Shown: piece by piece, positions 19,824-32,856 of the stretch
Numbering within the stretch: position 1 is the first letter of the stretch
How the letters are laid out: every line of letters begins with the position of its first letter
Notes under the pieces: model-generated
Told to the model about the DNA's origin: nothing
Database searches by the model: none
Seen by the model: the letters and a program-made list of their open reading frames with translations, nothing else
From: Candidatus Latescibacterota bacterium
GTDB lineage: Bacteria; Krumholzibacteriota; Krumholzibacteriia; WVZY01
Direction of reading: 5' to 3'
Assembly: GCA_963791045.1 (NCBI GenBank)
Contig: CAWBQK010000006.1
Coordinates: 192,001-256,000 of the forward strand
DNA: 64,000 nt
Program-made: the position numbers and the translations under genes

Positions 19824-22685
19824 TCACTTGCCCCGGAGTTCTCCGAGGTCGGGTTCGCCGCAGTGCTTGAGGATGTATTCTCTCGATCGTGAACGAAGCT
19901 TGACCGCGATCGCCCACGTATCGGCTTCCGGGCTGTCCTTCCTCACTTCCGCCGGTTCTATGATTTCACCAACATCGATGGTCACTGTGGTCCGCCGGAT
20001 CAAATAAGAATCCGGGCGGAGAATCGACCGGGTGCCGCGGATTGCGAGAGGAACGATGGGCAGGTTGGCGTCCGCCGCCGCGGCGAATGCGCCCATCTTG
20101 AAGGGACGGAGTCCCGGCCGCCGTTCCATCCCACCCTCCGGATAGAACATGAGTGTGCGTCCTTCGCGGGCGTGGCGAACGATCCGCCTTGCGTCGGCGG
20201 TTCCACGCTGCTTGTCGAACCGGTCGACAAACTCGGTGCGAAGGCGCGTGAGGTAATGGCGAAGTATGAAGTTGTTCTTCAGTTCCGCTTTGGCGACGAA
20301 CGAAACCGGGACGGGGAGCGCTGCACACAAAACAAAACTGTCGAGATAGCTTGCGTGGTTCGAGACGATCACGGAGTGCCGGTCCCGTGGAATGTTTTCC
20401 GTGCCGCGAACGACGAAGGGCGTCCGCGTGGCGCGGAGCATCGCGCCAGCGGCCCAACGGACCGCTTTCCATCGATCTTCAAAACGTGGAGCGACGGTGA
20501 TGGCGACCAAAGAGCACAGCCAGAAAAATGTCGCCACGCTGACGGCATACACGGCAAAAATACTCTCCGACACGCGCCGCCAAAAACGGTGAAAAGAGGG
20601 GATGAGGCCCGCCGCTGTCAACCGCGCCATCTGCCACCATACGGCCCGCGCCGGTTTGCCGATGTCGCCGCGCTCGTAGAGTTCCCGGCTGGCGGATCGG
20701 CGGATTTTTCCGCTCGATGTTTTCAAGACGGAGCCGCGCGGAGCGAGCACCACATCGTCGGGGGGCAGTCCAACGACGTCATTGGTGAGAGCGTAAATAT
20801 CTTTTTGGATTTGCTCGAGCGCCGCGGGATCCTTCTCGTTGGTTTCCGCCACGATCACGAGCCGTTCGGTTCCCGATTCGTAGTCGGTCGATCCAAATAC
20901 GGCGACGTTCCCCTTGCGAATACCGCCGACACCGCTCACGGCCGCTTCGAGTTCCTGGGGGTAAATATTCCGGCCGGCGCGAATGATCACGTCCTTGGAG
21001 CGCCCGGTAACATAAACGTCCCCATTGGATATGTACCCGAGATCTCCGGACTCCAGCCACTCGCCGTCAAAAAGCCGTTCTGTCGCCTCTTTGTTTCTGT
21101 AGTAGCCGCTTGTTGTCGACGGGCCCTTGAACTGTAGCCGGCCTTCACGCCCGTCGGGTAGTTCGCTTCCGCCGGAGTCGACTATGCGGACATCATGGCC
21201 GGCGAGCGGGCGGCCGCACGCGACAAACTGAATTGCCGTTCCGTCATCCGGTTCCGCCGGCAACGCATGCCCCTCGAGAGTAAATGGTTCCCGCTGGATG
21301 CGCGCGACGATCGGCGGTCTGCCGTACGGAGGGAAGGTCAGACCGACCGAACTTTCCGCCAGTCCATAAACCGGCATAAGCGTTTCCGGGCGAAAGCCGA
21401 TATGCGCGAATCTCTCGATAAAGCGTTCTACCGTATCGGGACTGACCGGTTCGGCTCCGTTGCATGCCACACGCCACGAACTCAGGTCCAGGTCTTTGAC
21501 CTGTTCGTCGCGCAGTCTGTGTAGACAGATTTCGTATGCGAAGTTGGGCGCGGCCGAGAGCGTCCCCCGGTAACGGTGGATTGCCGTAAACCATCGTTCG
21601 GGGCGTCCGATGAAATCGATTGGCGACATGATGACCAGGTGAGATGCGAAGTACAGACTACAGAACCAACCCCCAATCAAACCCATGTCATGATAAAGCG
21701 GGAGCCAGCTCACGGCGATATCTGTCGAATCCATGTTTGTACGGTCGCCTATTGCGCGGATATTCGCGAGCAGGTTCGCGTGCGTAAGGATGACGCCTTT
21801 CGGATTGCCGGTGCTCCCCGAAGTGTATTGCAGGAACGCGATGTCGTCGGCTCCCGTGTCGGGCCGTTCGTAGGTTTCTGATCCCTCAAAAAGATCTTCC
21901 GGGGTCAGAACGTGTTGCAGTGATTCAACGCGGGGTTTCATCAACTTGCCAAACCGGAGGACCTCGGGGACGGTAACGAGCGCAACCGCCGCGCAGTTCT
22001 GGAGTATGGATTCATGCCGCCGAAGATGTTCTTCGATCTGGGATGGACGGGAGGGCGGGTAGAGTGGCACGGGGATCCCGCCGGCGAGAAGCACCCCCGC
22101 GAAACAATAAAAGTATTCCTTTGTCGGCGGGAGCATCAATGCCACCGGTTCGCCCGTTTTGAGCCCTTGTTTGAAAAAACTGCCGGCGACACGCGCGCCG
22201 TTTTCTTTCAAGTCTTTGAAAGTGATGACCTCTCCATCGCCGTTGTCCTGATAGAAACGAATGTGCGGCCGATCGGGGTGGTGCGCGACATGCCAGTCGA
22301 GGACCTCGACAAGCGTTGTCGCCGTCCGCGGCGCCTCTTCCGCGTCTCCGAGGTCAACGGGAGCGGCTTTGAGCGTTTTCTTGTTGCGCGAGCCCGACTG
22401 GGCGCTCTGGATGGTTCGAAGGAGATCTCGCGGCGTTTCCGCGTCGGCAAACGCGCGTTCGGGGAGCGTCACCCCGAAACGATCCTCGACACGCGGCAGG
22501 AGTTCAAGCCGTGCGAGACTGTCGAGGCCGATTTCATTATCGATAGAACTGTCAATTGTGATACGGGCCGAAGGCGGCCGGTGCGGGTGGAGTTCGCGCG
22601 TAAGCTCATCGAGAAGCCGAAGCAGTGTTTCGGCCCGTGTGTCTCGATCGTTGGCGCCATCTTTTGTGTTCGGGTCGTCGGGCAT
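19824..22685 (-). CDS. ACP - fatty acyl-AMP ligase (FAAL) - PlsC-type acyltransferase fusion
   Basis: ACP motif GLDSLARLEL; FLQYTSGSTGNPKGV, SWLPLYHDMGLIG, PVYGLAE, SGDLGY, GRNIYPQELE, KTSSGKIRR; acyltransferase motifs NHASYLD, FVAKAEL, FYPEGG, PFKMGAF. Confidence 0.9.
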   Translation of the reverse strand: MPDDPNTKDGANDRDTRAETLLRLLDELTRELHPHRPPSARITIDSSIDNEIGLDSLARLELLPRVEDRFGVTLPERAFADAETPRDLLRTIQSAQSGSRNKKTLKAAPVDLGDAEEAPRTATTLVEVLDWHVAHHPDRPHIRFYQDNGDGEVITFKDLKENGARVAGSFFKQGLKTGEPVALMLPPTKEYFYCFAGVLLAGGIPVPLYPPSRPSQIEEHLRRHESILQNCAAVALVTVPEVLRFGKLMKPRVESLQHVLTPEDLFEGSETYERPDTGADDIAFLQYTSGSTGNPKGVILTHANLLANIRAIGDRTNMDSTDIAVSWLPLYHDMGLIGGWFCSLYFASHLVIMSPIDFIGRPERWFTAIHRYRGTLSAAPNFAYEICLHRLRDEQVKDLDLSSWRVACNGAEPVSPDTVERFIERFAHIGFRPETLMPVYGLAESSVGLTFPPYGRPPIVARIQREPFTLEGHALPAEPDDGTAIQFVACGRPLAGHDVRIVDSGGSELPDGREGRLQFKGPSTTSGYYRNKEATERLFDGEWLESGDLGYISNGDVYVTGRSKDVIIRAGRNIYPQELEAAVSGVGGIRKGNVAVFGSTDYESGTERLVIVAETNEKDPAALEQIQKDIYALTNDVVGLPPDDVVLAPRGSVLKTSSGKIRRSASRELYERGDIGKPARAVWWQMARLTAAGLIPSFHRFWRRVSESIFAVYAVSVATFFWLCSLVAITVAPRFEDRWKAVRWAAGAMLRATRTPFVVRGTENIPRDRHSVIVSNHASYLDSFVLCAALPVPVSFVAKAELKNNFILRHYLTRLRTEFVDRFDKQRGTADARRIVRHAREGRTLMFYPEGGMERRPGLRPFKMGAFAAAADANLPIVPLAIRGTRSILRPDSYLIRRTTVTIDVGEIIEPAEVRKDSPEADTWAIAVKLRSRSREYILKHCGEPDLGELRGK

Positions 22686-22686
22686 C

Positions 22687-22923
22687 TCAAAAAAGTTTGA
22701 GAAGAAGAATGATTACGACTACCAGCGCGGCGCCGCCGATGAGCAGCGTCATCTTGTTCGATCCTTGCCGCTGTGGACGGTTTCTGAATTTGACCACCGG
22801 TATGTCCGGTTTGCCGGTGCCCTTGTGTTCGGGTCCTCGAGAACTCATCGATTCCGCGGCGCTGCCTCCGCGCGGATCATCAACGTCATCGACATGAAAA
22901 TCTTCTTGCCGTTTGTCGCTCAT
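22687..22923 (-). CDS. Small hypothetical protein with a C-terminal transmembrane anchor
   Basis: 78-aa ORF tightly packed between its neighbours, with a C-terminal hydrophobic helix. Confidence 0.6.
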   Translation of the reverse strand: MSDKRQEDFHVDDVDDPRGGSAAESMSSRGPEHKGTGKPDIPVVKFRNRPQRQGSNKMTLLIGGAALVVVIILLLKLF

Positions 22924-22932
22924 TACCAGCCT

Positions 22933-24363
22933 CTACATTATATTGAGAACTCCAAAGGCAATATAAAGCACGGCGAACATTACAACAATGCCGATCACGG
23001 AAACAATTGTACCATATTTGGCCATGTCCTTGGTTTCGATAACCTGGGTGGCAAACGCGATCGCATTGGGTGGTGTGCTTATCGGGAGGCTCATCGCCAG
23101 CGAACAGGCAAGAGCGATAGCGACCGCGCCGAGCACCGGCGAGAACACACCCAGCGAAACGGCGATCGGGACCATAAGGTTGGCCGCGGCCGTGTTGCTC
23201 ATAAAGTTCGATATGACGACGGAGAAGACCGCCATCACAACGAGGAGTGCGATCGCCGGCATCGGAGTCGCTGAGATGTACCCTACGAGGACATCGGAGA
23301 GTCCCGTTTGTTTCATCGCGACGCCGAGTGTCAGTCCACCCGCTATGAGGATCAACACGTGCCATTCGATCTGTTTTAAGTCCTCGCGGCCGATGATGCC
23401 GAACATGGTAAACACCATGATGGGAATCATCGCGACGACGGCCGACGGTATGTGAAACAACGGGCCGGTGAGCCACAAGAACACAGTCACCATAAACGTG
23501 ACGACGACAACGACCAGATCCCATGTGAGTTTGAGGTTGTCCGGGAAAAGCATCTCAAAGTTGTCGGTCCTCGGTTTAAAAATCTTGATCAGAAGATACC
23601 AAAGGGCAAACAACATTACTGCGACGATCGGGACCGCGACGATCATCCACCTCACAAACGAAACCGGATGCCCGAGTTGGCCAAGAACCGATGCGGCGAC
23701 GGCGTTCGGCGGCGTGCCGATGATTGTTCCCATTCCACCGATATTGGCGGCAAACGGAACGGCCAGCACGATCGCCTTCTTGAACGGGTCGCGGTTCTCA
23801 AAACGTTTAAAAAGAGGGCCCATGATCGCAACCATCATCGCCGCCGTGGCTGTGTTCGACATGAACATCGAGAACGCGGCCGTCGTGAGGATAACGCCGA
23901 GGAGAACCATCTTTGGATGCGTGCCAAACGGCTTGATGAATGCTTTCGCGAGACGCACGTCAAGACCGTGTTTGGCCGCCGCCACGGCGAGAATAAAGCC
24001 GCCAAAAAATAAAACGAGCACCGGGCTCGCGATCGGGTTCAAGAATATTTGATAACTGGTGGTGATGCCGGTCGATTGAAGGTGAAGCGGTCCTTCGGGT
24101 TGTCCGAGAAGATAAACGCAAAGTACGATTACCATCGTTGCTGTTGCGAAAGGCGGGATCGCTTCGGTGACCCAGAGGCCGGCAGCGCCGACAAAAATCA
24201 TAAGGCAAATTCGCGACGCTTCGGTCAGCCCCTCGAGCGGCAGATAACCGGATGCAATGGTGATCGCAAGAACCGCGAGCACCTTAACGATTGGCCGCCA
24301 CTTGACGGTCAGAAGGATATTGCCATTTTTGTCGAAATTTATCTCGTGTGGCATGATTCCCAT
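22933..24363 (-). CDS. SLC13/DASS family anion (sulfate/dicarboxylate):sodium symporter
   Basis: LWVTEAIP, SMFMSNTATAAM, ANIGGMGTIIGTPPN, SNFMSNTAAA, LPISTPPNAIAF. Confidence 0.92.
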   Translation of the reverse strand: MGIMPHEINFDKNGNILLTVKWRPIVKVLAVLAITIASGYLPLEGLTEASRICLMIFVGAAGLWVTEAIPPFATATMVIVLCVYLLGQPEGPLHLQSTGITTSYQIFLNPIASPVLVLFFGGFILAVAAAKHGLDVRLAKAFIKPFGTHPKMVLLGVILTTAAFSMFMSNTATAAMMVAIMGPLFKRFENRDPFKKAIVLAVPFAANIGGMGTIIGTPPNAVAASVLGQLGHPVSFVRWMIVAVPIVAVMLFALWYLLIKIFKPRTDNFEMLFPDNLKLTWDLVVVVVTFMVTVFLWLTGPLFHIPSAVVAMIPIMVFTMFGIIGREDLKQIEWHVLILIAGGLTLGVAMKQTGLSDVLVGYISATPMPAIALLVVMAVFSVVISNFMSNTAAANLMVPIAVSLGVFSPVLGAVAIALACSLAMSLPISTPPNAIAFATQVIETKDMAKYGTIVSVIGIVVMFAVLYIAFGVLNIM

Positions 24364-24550
24364 CCCCTCACTCTAATACCCACAAACGTGTGCTCAAAAA
24401 AGCGGAGAAAAGCAAAAAAGGAGGATAGCACCAAAAAGACGCCAGTCAAGCCGGATCACAAGGTTTTTCGTGCCTTCCAACAAAAGTCTCGCCGGCGCGA
24501 AAAGAGTGTAACTGATTGTTGTTAGGTTTGATACGGCAAGACCTCGGTCG

Positions 24551-26686
24551 TCACGTTTTACGCTTGGCCGAGAACACGCCGTTCGGCTGGATGAACACCG
24601 CTTCGGTCACCGCGCCGTTGTCGATCACAAAGCGGATGCTGGCGCCCTCTGCGCCTTTGAGTGTGAACTCGGTCCCCATGAAGGGCTCGAGATCGTATCT
24701 CGGCTGGCCCGGGACGGTGACGGCGAGCGCGTGGCCGCCTTTGATTTCTACCGTCACGGCAATGCCCATAAGATCGTATTCTCCGACGAACTGCTCGAGA
24801 AAGTCGCGTTCGAACATTTCCCGCGGAGGTTCTTTGTCGAACTCGATGGCGGCAACCGTTTGTTCGAGGGTTATGGCAAGCTTGTCCAGGTCGCCGTTGA
24901 GGTTGTTCAGAAATGAAAACTTGAGACCGTCAAACGGTTCCTCCGACGCGCGAAAAACATCGAAATGCCAGTGTTTGAGATTGGACGACATTCCGTTGAA
25001 AGTGACTTTGAGGGCTTCTGCGTTTTTGGTTATTTGTATCTGGCCGTACCCCGGGTGTTTGTAGTCGCCGACGTAGTCGTCGAGGTCGTGCGACGGATGC
25101 GTGTCCTTTTTTCTGTTGATATCTTCAAGAGCTTCCGTTTCGTCCTGCGCCCCTTCGAGTTGCGACCACACCAGTTTGTAGCGGCCGTTCCAGTCGGTCT
25201 CCTCAAAACCGAGGAGTCGGTCAAAAATACTGAACGCGAGAGGGATGGGGAGCGGTGTACCGTTCTTGTTGGAAAGCAATACGACGCCGACGTTGTCATC
25301 GGGCATAAACGCGACCATCGCGGAGAACCCGTCGATGTTGCCGCCGTGGTGGATCAATTCGTGCCCACGGTACGGCTGAACAAACCACCCGAGTCCGTAC
25401 ATCATGTGGGGAAGCTCGGGCTGTTTGAGGAGCTGTGCGAACATCCCTCCGGTGACGATAGCGTGCGGGCGATGGAGCTCGGCCATGGTCGCCGGCGTAG
25501 CGAGCTGGACGTCGCCGTATGCTCCCTTGTTGAGTTGAAGAAGAACCCACCTGGCCATGTCGTGTGCGCTCGAATTGATCGATCCCGCGGGTCCCACCGT
25601 ATCGATATTTCTGAACGGCATCAGCTCGAGCTCTTTCTCCTTGGTGTCTTTATTTTCCTTTTCCTCGTATCCATACGCGTGGTCCTGCGAGCGCTGCATT
25701 ACATCGACCGAGACATTGCTGTTATCCATTCCCAACGGATCGAAGATCCGGTTGGCAACGAGGTATTCCCAGCTCGTTCCTGTTACCTGTCCGGCCAGAT
25801 AGCCTGCCGTCATAAACATCAGGTTCTGGTACTGGAAGACGGTCCTGAAGTCCTCGTTGGGTTCGAGATATTTGAGCCGGCTGAAAATCTCCTCGCGGGA
25901 CGCCGTCGATCCGTACCACATGAGGTCATGACGCGGAAGTCCCGAACGATGGCAGAGAAGGTCACGCGGTGTCATCCGTTCGCTTGCGAAATCATCATCG
26001 AGTTCGAACGAGGGAAGATAGGTCCGGACGGGTTCATTCCAGTCGATGACGCCCTGTTCGACGAGCATTCCGAGCGTAAGCGACGTAAACGCTTTCGACG
26101 ACGAACCAATGGCGAACTGGGTGTTCTCTGTGACGGGGAGCTTTTTCTCAATGTCGCGCAGTCCGTAACCTTTTACGAGGATCGGCTCGCCGTCTTTTAC
26201 GATCGCCACACCCAGGCCGGGGACGTTCCATGTCTTCATAGTTTCTTCGATGAGAGCGTCTATGTTTTCGAGCGCATCGCCCGTTGAAGGACCGGCCCGA
26301 CCCGCGGCGTCACCCTTTCGTTCGAGAGAGAAGGGAAACGACTGCCCTCCCTGGGTGAAGTCGCCCTGAATTGTCGCGCCGTCATCGGAGAGTGTTCCGT
26401 TGAATGTCGGTTCACCGGGTGGGCCGACAATTCCAAACGTCACTTTCGCGCCGTCGATAGATACGTCCCGCAGTTCGAGCCCTTTCGCCCCCTGGAGCGG
26501 GATGTCGATGGTACCCGCCCAGGTCCCGTCATCGTTTTGCGTGATGTCGACGAGAACATCGAGCGCCTGGCCGGGAAGTTGGATGGGCCCCTCCCAGTGA
26601 CCGGCAAGTGTGGTCCCGGTCGCCGAGACCGGCATCAGGATTGTTACGAGCAACAACGAAAACGTGACGGCGATAACGCGAAGCAT
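24551..26686 (-). CDS. Secreted serine hydrolase, beta-lactamase class C-like family, with C-terminal DUF3471-like domains
   Basis: Signal peptide; SxxK (GSSSKAF), LLCHRSGLP, YxN (FQYQN), HGGNIDGF, YVGDYKHPGYG. Confidence 0.88.
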   Translation of the reverse strand: MLRVIAVTFSLLLVTILMPVSATGTTLAGHWEGPIQLPGQALDVLVDITQNDDGTWAGTIDIPLQGAKGLELRDVSIDGAKVTFGIVGPPGEPTFNGTLSDDGATIQGDFTQGGQSFPFSLERKGDAAGRAGPSTGDALENIDALIEETMKTWNVPGLGVAIVKDGEPILVKGYGLRDIEKKLPVTENTQFAIGSSSKAFTSLTLGMLVEQGVIDWNEPVRTYLPSFELDDDFASERMTPRDLLCHRSGLPRHDLMWYGSTASREEIFSRLKYLEPNEDFRTVFQYQNLMFMTAGYLAGQVTGTSWEYLVANRIFDPLGMDNSNVSVDVMQRSQDHAYGYEEKENKDTKEKELELMPFRNIDTVGPAGSINSSAHDMARWVLLQLNKGAYGDVQLATPATMAELHRPHAIVTGGMFAQLLKQPELPHMMYGLGWFVQPYRGHELIHHGGNIDGFSAMVAFMPDDNVGVVLLSNKNGTPLPIPLAFSIFDRLLGFEETDWNGRYKLVWSQLEGAQDETEALEDINRKKDTHPSHDLDDYVGDYKHPGYGQIQITKNAEALKVTFNGMSSNLKHWHFDVFRASEEPFDGLKFSFLNNLNGDLDKLAITLEQTVAAIEFDKEPPREMFERDFLEQFVGEYDLMGIAVTVEIKGGHALAVTVPGQPRYDLEPFMGTEFTLKGAEGASIRFVIDNGAVTEAVFIQPNGVFSAKRKT

Positions 26687-26696
26687 GGCAGACTCC

Positions 26697-27398
26697 TTAC
26701 GGCTTTCTTGCTCTTATCGCAATGTAATCCCCTCGGTCGTATCCTTCGACCGGGGCCTCGGGCTCGTCATTCGAGAACTTCGGGTGACGGGTTAGCGTCT
26801 GGGCAAATTCGAGATCCACAAAACCAGTCAATTCGAGAAGACGAATCTTTTCTTCGGTCGGGCGCCACCGGGCCGCCGAAGCAAACTCGATCGGGTACGG
26901 ATGCTCGGGTGCAAGAACTTTCAATGACTCATCGTCCCACGTGCCGATGAGCGCGGCGAGCCGATAGAGTAGCCCGTACGAACTTTCGGCGGGGACGTCG
27001 GCGACGATGATCGACCCGCCGGTTTTGAGAACACGAAACGCTTCTCTGAACGCTTTTTCGAGATCCTCGATGTATCCCGGTGTTCCGTTCTGCAAAACGA
27101 CTTCGAACTCACCGTCATCGAAAGGAAGGTCCTCCGCCTGTCCGATCTTGACCGTCATTCCGCGTTTGCGGGCAATCTCGGCAAAGTTCTCCGCCGGTTC
27201 CAGGCCGTCACGGATGTCGATGTTGTGTTCGTTGCGCAGAATGTGTTCAAAAAGACCGCTCCCGCATCCGACACTCAATGTTCGTCCCGGGATCGTTAGA
27301 AAATGTTTGATAAGAAGAACTTCGGATTCGAGAACACTCGTGTTTTTTAAAAACCACGAATCGTAATGTTCGGCGTATTCGTCAAAAACTCTTGCCAT
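26697..27398 (-). CDS. Class I SAM-dependent methyltransferase
   Basis: FDEYAEHYDSWF, LSVGCGSGLF, AEDLPFDDGEF, EAFRVLKTGG. Confidence 0.88.
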   Translation of the reverse strand: MARVFDEYAEHYDSWFLKNTSVLESEVLLIKHFLTIPGRTLSVGCGSGLFEHILRNEHNIDIRDGLEPAENFAEIARKRGMTVKIGQAEDLPFDDGEFEVVLQNGTPGYIEDLEKAFREAFRVLKTGGSIIVADVPAESSYGLLYRLAALIGTWDDESLKVLAPEHPYPIEFASAARWRPTEEKIRLLELTGFVDLEFAQTLTRHPKFSNDEPEAPVEGYDRGDYIAIRARKP

Positions 27399-27517
27399 CT
27401 GACTTTGTTCTCCCGTGTGATAGTTGTTGAATGGACCACGGTTCTGACCGGACAAAGAATCGGCCCCAGCCGTGGATGGCTGAGGCCGAATACGATACCA
27501 CACGTCGGGCGAACCGT

Positions 27518-29272
27518 CTACTCGGCCTCTTCCGCCGCTTGCGGCGCCCGGCGAACGACAAGAAGGTCGTAAAGCCATAGAACGACTGCGGTTGCGATTC
27601 CGATCGCACCGAATATCAACCACATCTTCCCGGGCTGCTGGAGATCGCGGCCGTAGTGACCGTACATCTGCCCGGAGAGGATGCCGGCAAAGAGATTGCC
27701 GAGCGCGATCGCAACGAAGTAATACCCCATGTACATCGCCGTCTTCGCCTTGGGCGCGATCCGCGCGACATATTCCTGGCTCTTGGGGCTCGCCATCATT
27801 TCGCCAATGGCAAAGATAAAGATCGCGAGCACCACGATCCAACCCATCTCTCCGTATACGCCCATACCCATTCCGATCCCGGTGAGGATCGTTCCGACTA
27901 TCATGGTCGTGAACGGCTTCCACTTTGCACAGATCGCCGAGATTACAACCTGAAACGCGACGATCGCTCCGGCGTCGATATTCACAAGGAATTCGGGGTT
28001 GATCTGGTAGCCCGACGCCATCGAAGTGCGAATTCCATCCGCCCAGCCGTTGAGACCGAGCGCCGCACACACACCGGCAAGCCAGGTGAGGATGTCATGT
28101 GTGTTGGTGTAATCGCGGATGTACTCGGGCATCGTGATAAAGAGCTGGTTGAACTCGGTCCAGAACCCGGAAAGGATGACGAGATAGAGGACAAATCGCC
28201 AGTCGCCAATCTGCGCGGGCTGCCACAGCCCTTCCGAGAAGCTCTTCTTTTTTAAGTAGAGATAATCGACGGCGAGATTCCCAAGAATGAGGACGGCGCT
28301 GAGAATCAAACAATGCGTCCATGTGATCCAGTTCCCGCCGGCGAGCATGAGAATGAAGATCGATCCCATCGCCATGATAAAGAAACCGCCGTTACCGAGC
28401 ACTTCGACGATGTCCTCACCCGTTTTCTTGAGAAGAAGTTTGACATCGACGGGGACGACCGCATAAAGAAGGCGAATAAAAACCGATACAAGAGAAATCC
28501 CGCCAAGCGCGATAGCCGTTGGTATCCAGCCGAGAAGAAGGGCCGCGACGGCGAACGTGGGAAGAAGCCGAAGCGACGCGGCGCAAAACTGCGGCGGATC
28601 CCGGCGCTCGAGCTTTTCGAGGTGTCCCGTTTCTGCCAGTCGGGCTTTGGCTTCTTTGAGTTCCTCTTCGAGCGCCGATGTGCGGCCTTCCGGTTCTTTA
28701 TAGAACAGGAAGAGCCAGAGGAAGTTGAATGCGATCCAGATCGCACTCATGTTGAACACCCAGGTCCAGCCAAGCTTGTTGCGGACAATACCCGCGACGA
28801 TGGGACCGGCAAAACCACCGATGTTGACCATCATGTAAAAAATACCAAACCCCATCGCCTTGTTCTTCGATGTAGTCGCGTGACTGACCGTTCCGACAAC
28901 GACCGGTTTGAATGTCGCCGCGCCGACCGCGACGAGCATGAAGGTAAAGAAGAACCCCCAAAATCCGCCCGGCTGACCCATGAGCCAGTAACTGGGGGTC
29001 ATAATGAGGTATGCGACGAAAAACGTTTTCTTGAATCCGAACTTGTCGCCCAGCGCTCCGGTTACGACGGGGAAGAGATACAAGAGAAACGGAATGATTC
29101 CCTGGATGATACCTCTCTGTTCGCTGGTAAGCCCCAGGCCGCCTTCGGTGACCGAACCGGTGATGTAGAGAGACGACACGGCGTAGAATCCATACCACGC
29201 CATCCGTTCGAAAATCTCCATCAGGTTTGCGATCCAAAATGTCGGAGGAAAACCCTTTTGGTTCGCGGCCAT
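27518..29272 (-). CDS. MFS transporter, POT/peptide-transporter-like
   Basis: ExxERxxxYG motif (MEIFERMAWYG), FKPVV, GFGIFYMMVNIGG, GEMMASPK; extra hydrophobic insert in the central loop. Confidence 0.88.
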   Translation of the reverse strand: MAANQKGFPPTFWIANLMEIFERMAWYGFYAVSSLYITGSVTEGGLGLTSEQRGIIQGIIPFLLYLFPVVTGALGDKFGFKKTFFVAYLIMTPSYWLMGQPGGFWGFFFTFMLVAVGAATFKPVVVGTVSHATTSKNKAMGFGIFYMMVNIGGFAGPIVAGIVRNKLGWTWVFNMSAIWIAFNFLWLFLFYKEPEGRTSALEEELKEAKARLAETGHLEKLERRDPPQFCAASLRLLPTFAVAALLLGWIPTAIALGGISLVSVFIRLLYAVVPVDVKLLLKKTGEDIVEVLGNGGFFIMAMGSIFILMLAGGNWITWTHCLILSAVLILGNLAVDYLYLKKKSFSEGLWQPAQIGDWRFVLYLVILSGFWTEFNQLFITMPEYIRDYTNTHDILTWLAGVCAALGLNGWADGIRTSMASGYQINPEFLVNIDAGAIVAFQVVISAICAKWKPFTTMIVGTILTGIGMGMGVYGEMGWIVVLAIFIFAIGEMMASPKSQEYVARIAPKAKTAMYMGYYFVAIALGNLFAGILSGQMYGHYGRDLQQPGKMWLIFGAIGIATAVVLWLYDLLVVRRAPQAAEEAE

Positions 29273-29543
29273 TGGTGTGGAACCGCCCATGGGTAGCATG
29301 TGATCTCCCCTCGAGTTGGATGCTGGGTGATGCCGCCGGGTGGGATGAACGGCGGCAGGGAATAACTTTTCAAATCGGAAGGCAACTCAAAAATCAAACC
29401 GGGTTGGCGGGTAAGGGTGCGCCCATAACGCAACCACTTGTCTCAGTACGCGCGCCGGTCGACGATGCTTCACGTCGTCAACCCGGCGCACCCCTCACGG
29501 CCTGTCGGTGCATAGTCCCCACTATAATGAATCACACCGTTTG

Positions 29544-31847
<2,304 letters not shown>

Positions 31848-32097
31848 TGCGACCTCCTGAGTGGAACAAAAGAAATAATATTCACGTATTCTATCGAATA
31901 AGTTATAGAATTCCAAACTATTTAAGGGTGTCGGATGATGGATCAGTCCGGGCAATACGGGCTTTTCATATGATGGGGTGAGATGATAGAATTCATGTCC
32001 AGTGGGGAAGTTCGTATCTCAATAGATGTCAATTAGATAACTTTGAGCGCACACGAAAAACACGTATTCGCGCTTCACAACGATTTTCGGGAGGGAT

Positions 32098-32760
32098 TTG
32101 TTGACCACAGTTCGCGGTTTCGAGATGGGCCGGTCAATTCGCGCTGGCTGGGAGATTTTCAAGGCGAACGCGTTTTATCTCGTCGCGGTGTTCGTCATTG
32201 TATCCGTTGCTTACGCTGTCATCGAGCGGGCGGAGGTGTTGGGGGACAAGCTGCCGTTTCCGATAGAGGTAATGATCCGGTTTGGCTACAGCATTGCAGT
32301 GGCGCTTGTCGAAATCGGTATCCTCACCGTCGCGCTCAAACTGGTCAGGGGCGGGGAAGCGAAGTTTGAGCATCTTATCAGCGGTATGTCCGTTCTCATC
32401 AAGTTTCTTATCGCTTCATTTCTCTATTACATGATTATTTTCGCCGGGCTGCTGGCGCTGGTGCTGCCCGGTATCTATCTGGCGATTAAGTACGGCTTCT
32501 ACGGCTATCTTATCGTCGAAGAAGATCTCGATCCAATCGAGGCATTCAAGATCAGCGCGCGGATGACCGACGGTCTAAAGCTTGAGTTGTTCTTCTTTTA
32601 TTGCCTCCTTGTTATGATCAACATCCTGGGGCTTCTGTGCCTCGGCGTCGGGGTGTATGTGTCCTGGCCGGTGACGCGCCTCGCGCTTGCCAATGTTTAT
32701 CTCGATCTGCGCGAGCAAGTGAGGGAATCAGACAACGCTCCCGTCGTGACGGTGCCGTAA
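32098..32760 (+). CDS. Integral membrane protein (DUF975-like)
   Basis: Multiple transmembrane segments; LVLPGIYLAIKYGF..YLIVEEDLDPIEAFKISARMTDG. Confidence 0.7.
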   Translation: MLTTVRGFEMGRSIRAGWEIFKANAFYLVAVFVIVSVAYAVIERAEVLGDKLPFPIEVMIRFGYSIAVALVEIGILTVALKLVRGGEAKFEHLISGMSVLIKFLIASFLYYMIIFAGLLALVLPGIYLAIKYGFYGYLIVEEDLDPIEAFKISARMTDGLKLELFFFYCLLVMINILGLLCLGVGVYVSWPVTRLALANVYLDLREQVRESDNAPVVTVP

Positions 32761-32856
32761 GCCTGGGCGGTGGCCGATGGGGCCCCCAAAGCGCGCGAAA
32801 CGTCCGTTGAGCGCGTGTGGGGTAATCGGGTAGAATTCCTGGAAGGAGGATGTCTC

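Noticed and set aside
24551-26686. Antibiotic-resistance beta-lactamase
   Set aside because: The multi-domain architecture with DUF3471-like tails fits a generic serine hydrolase or peptidase, and there is no mobile context.
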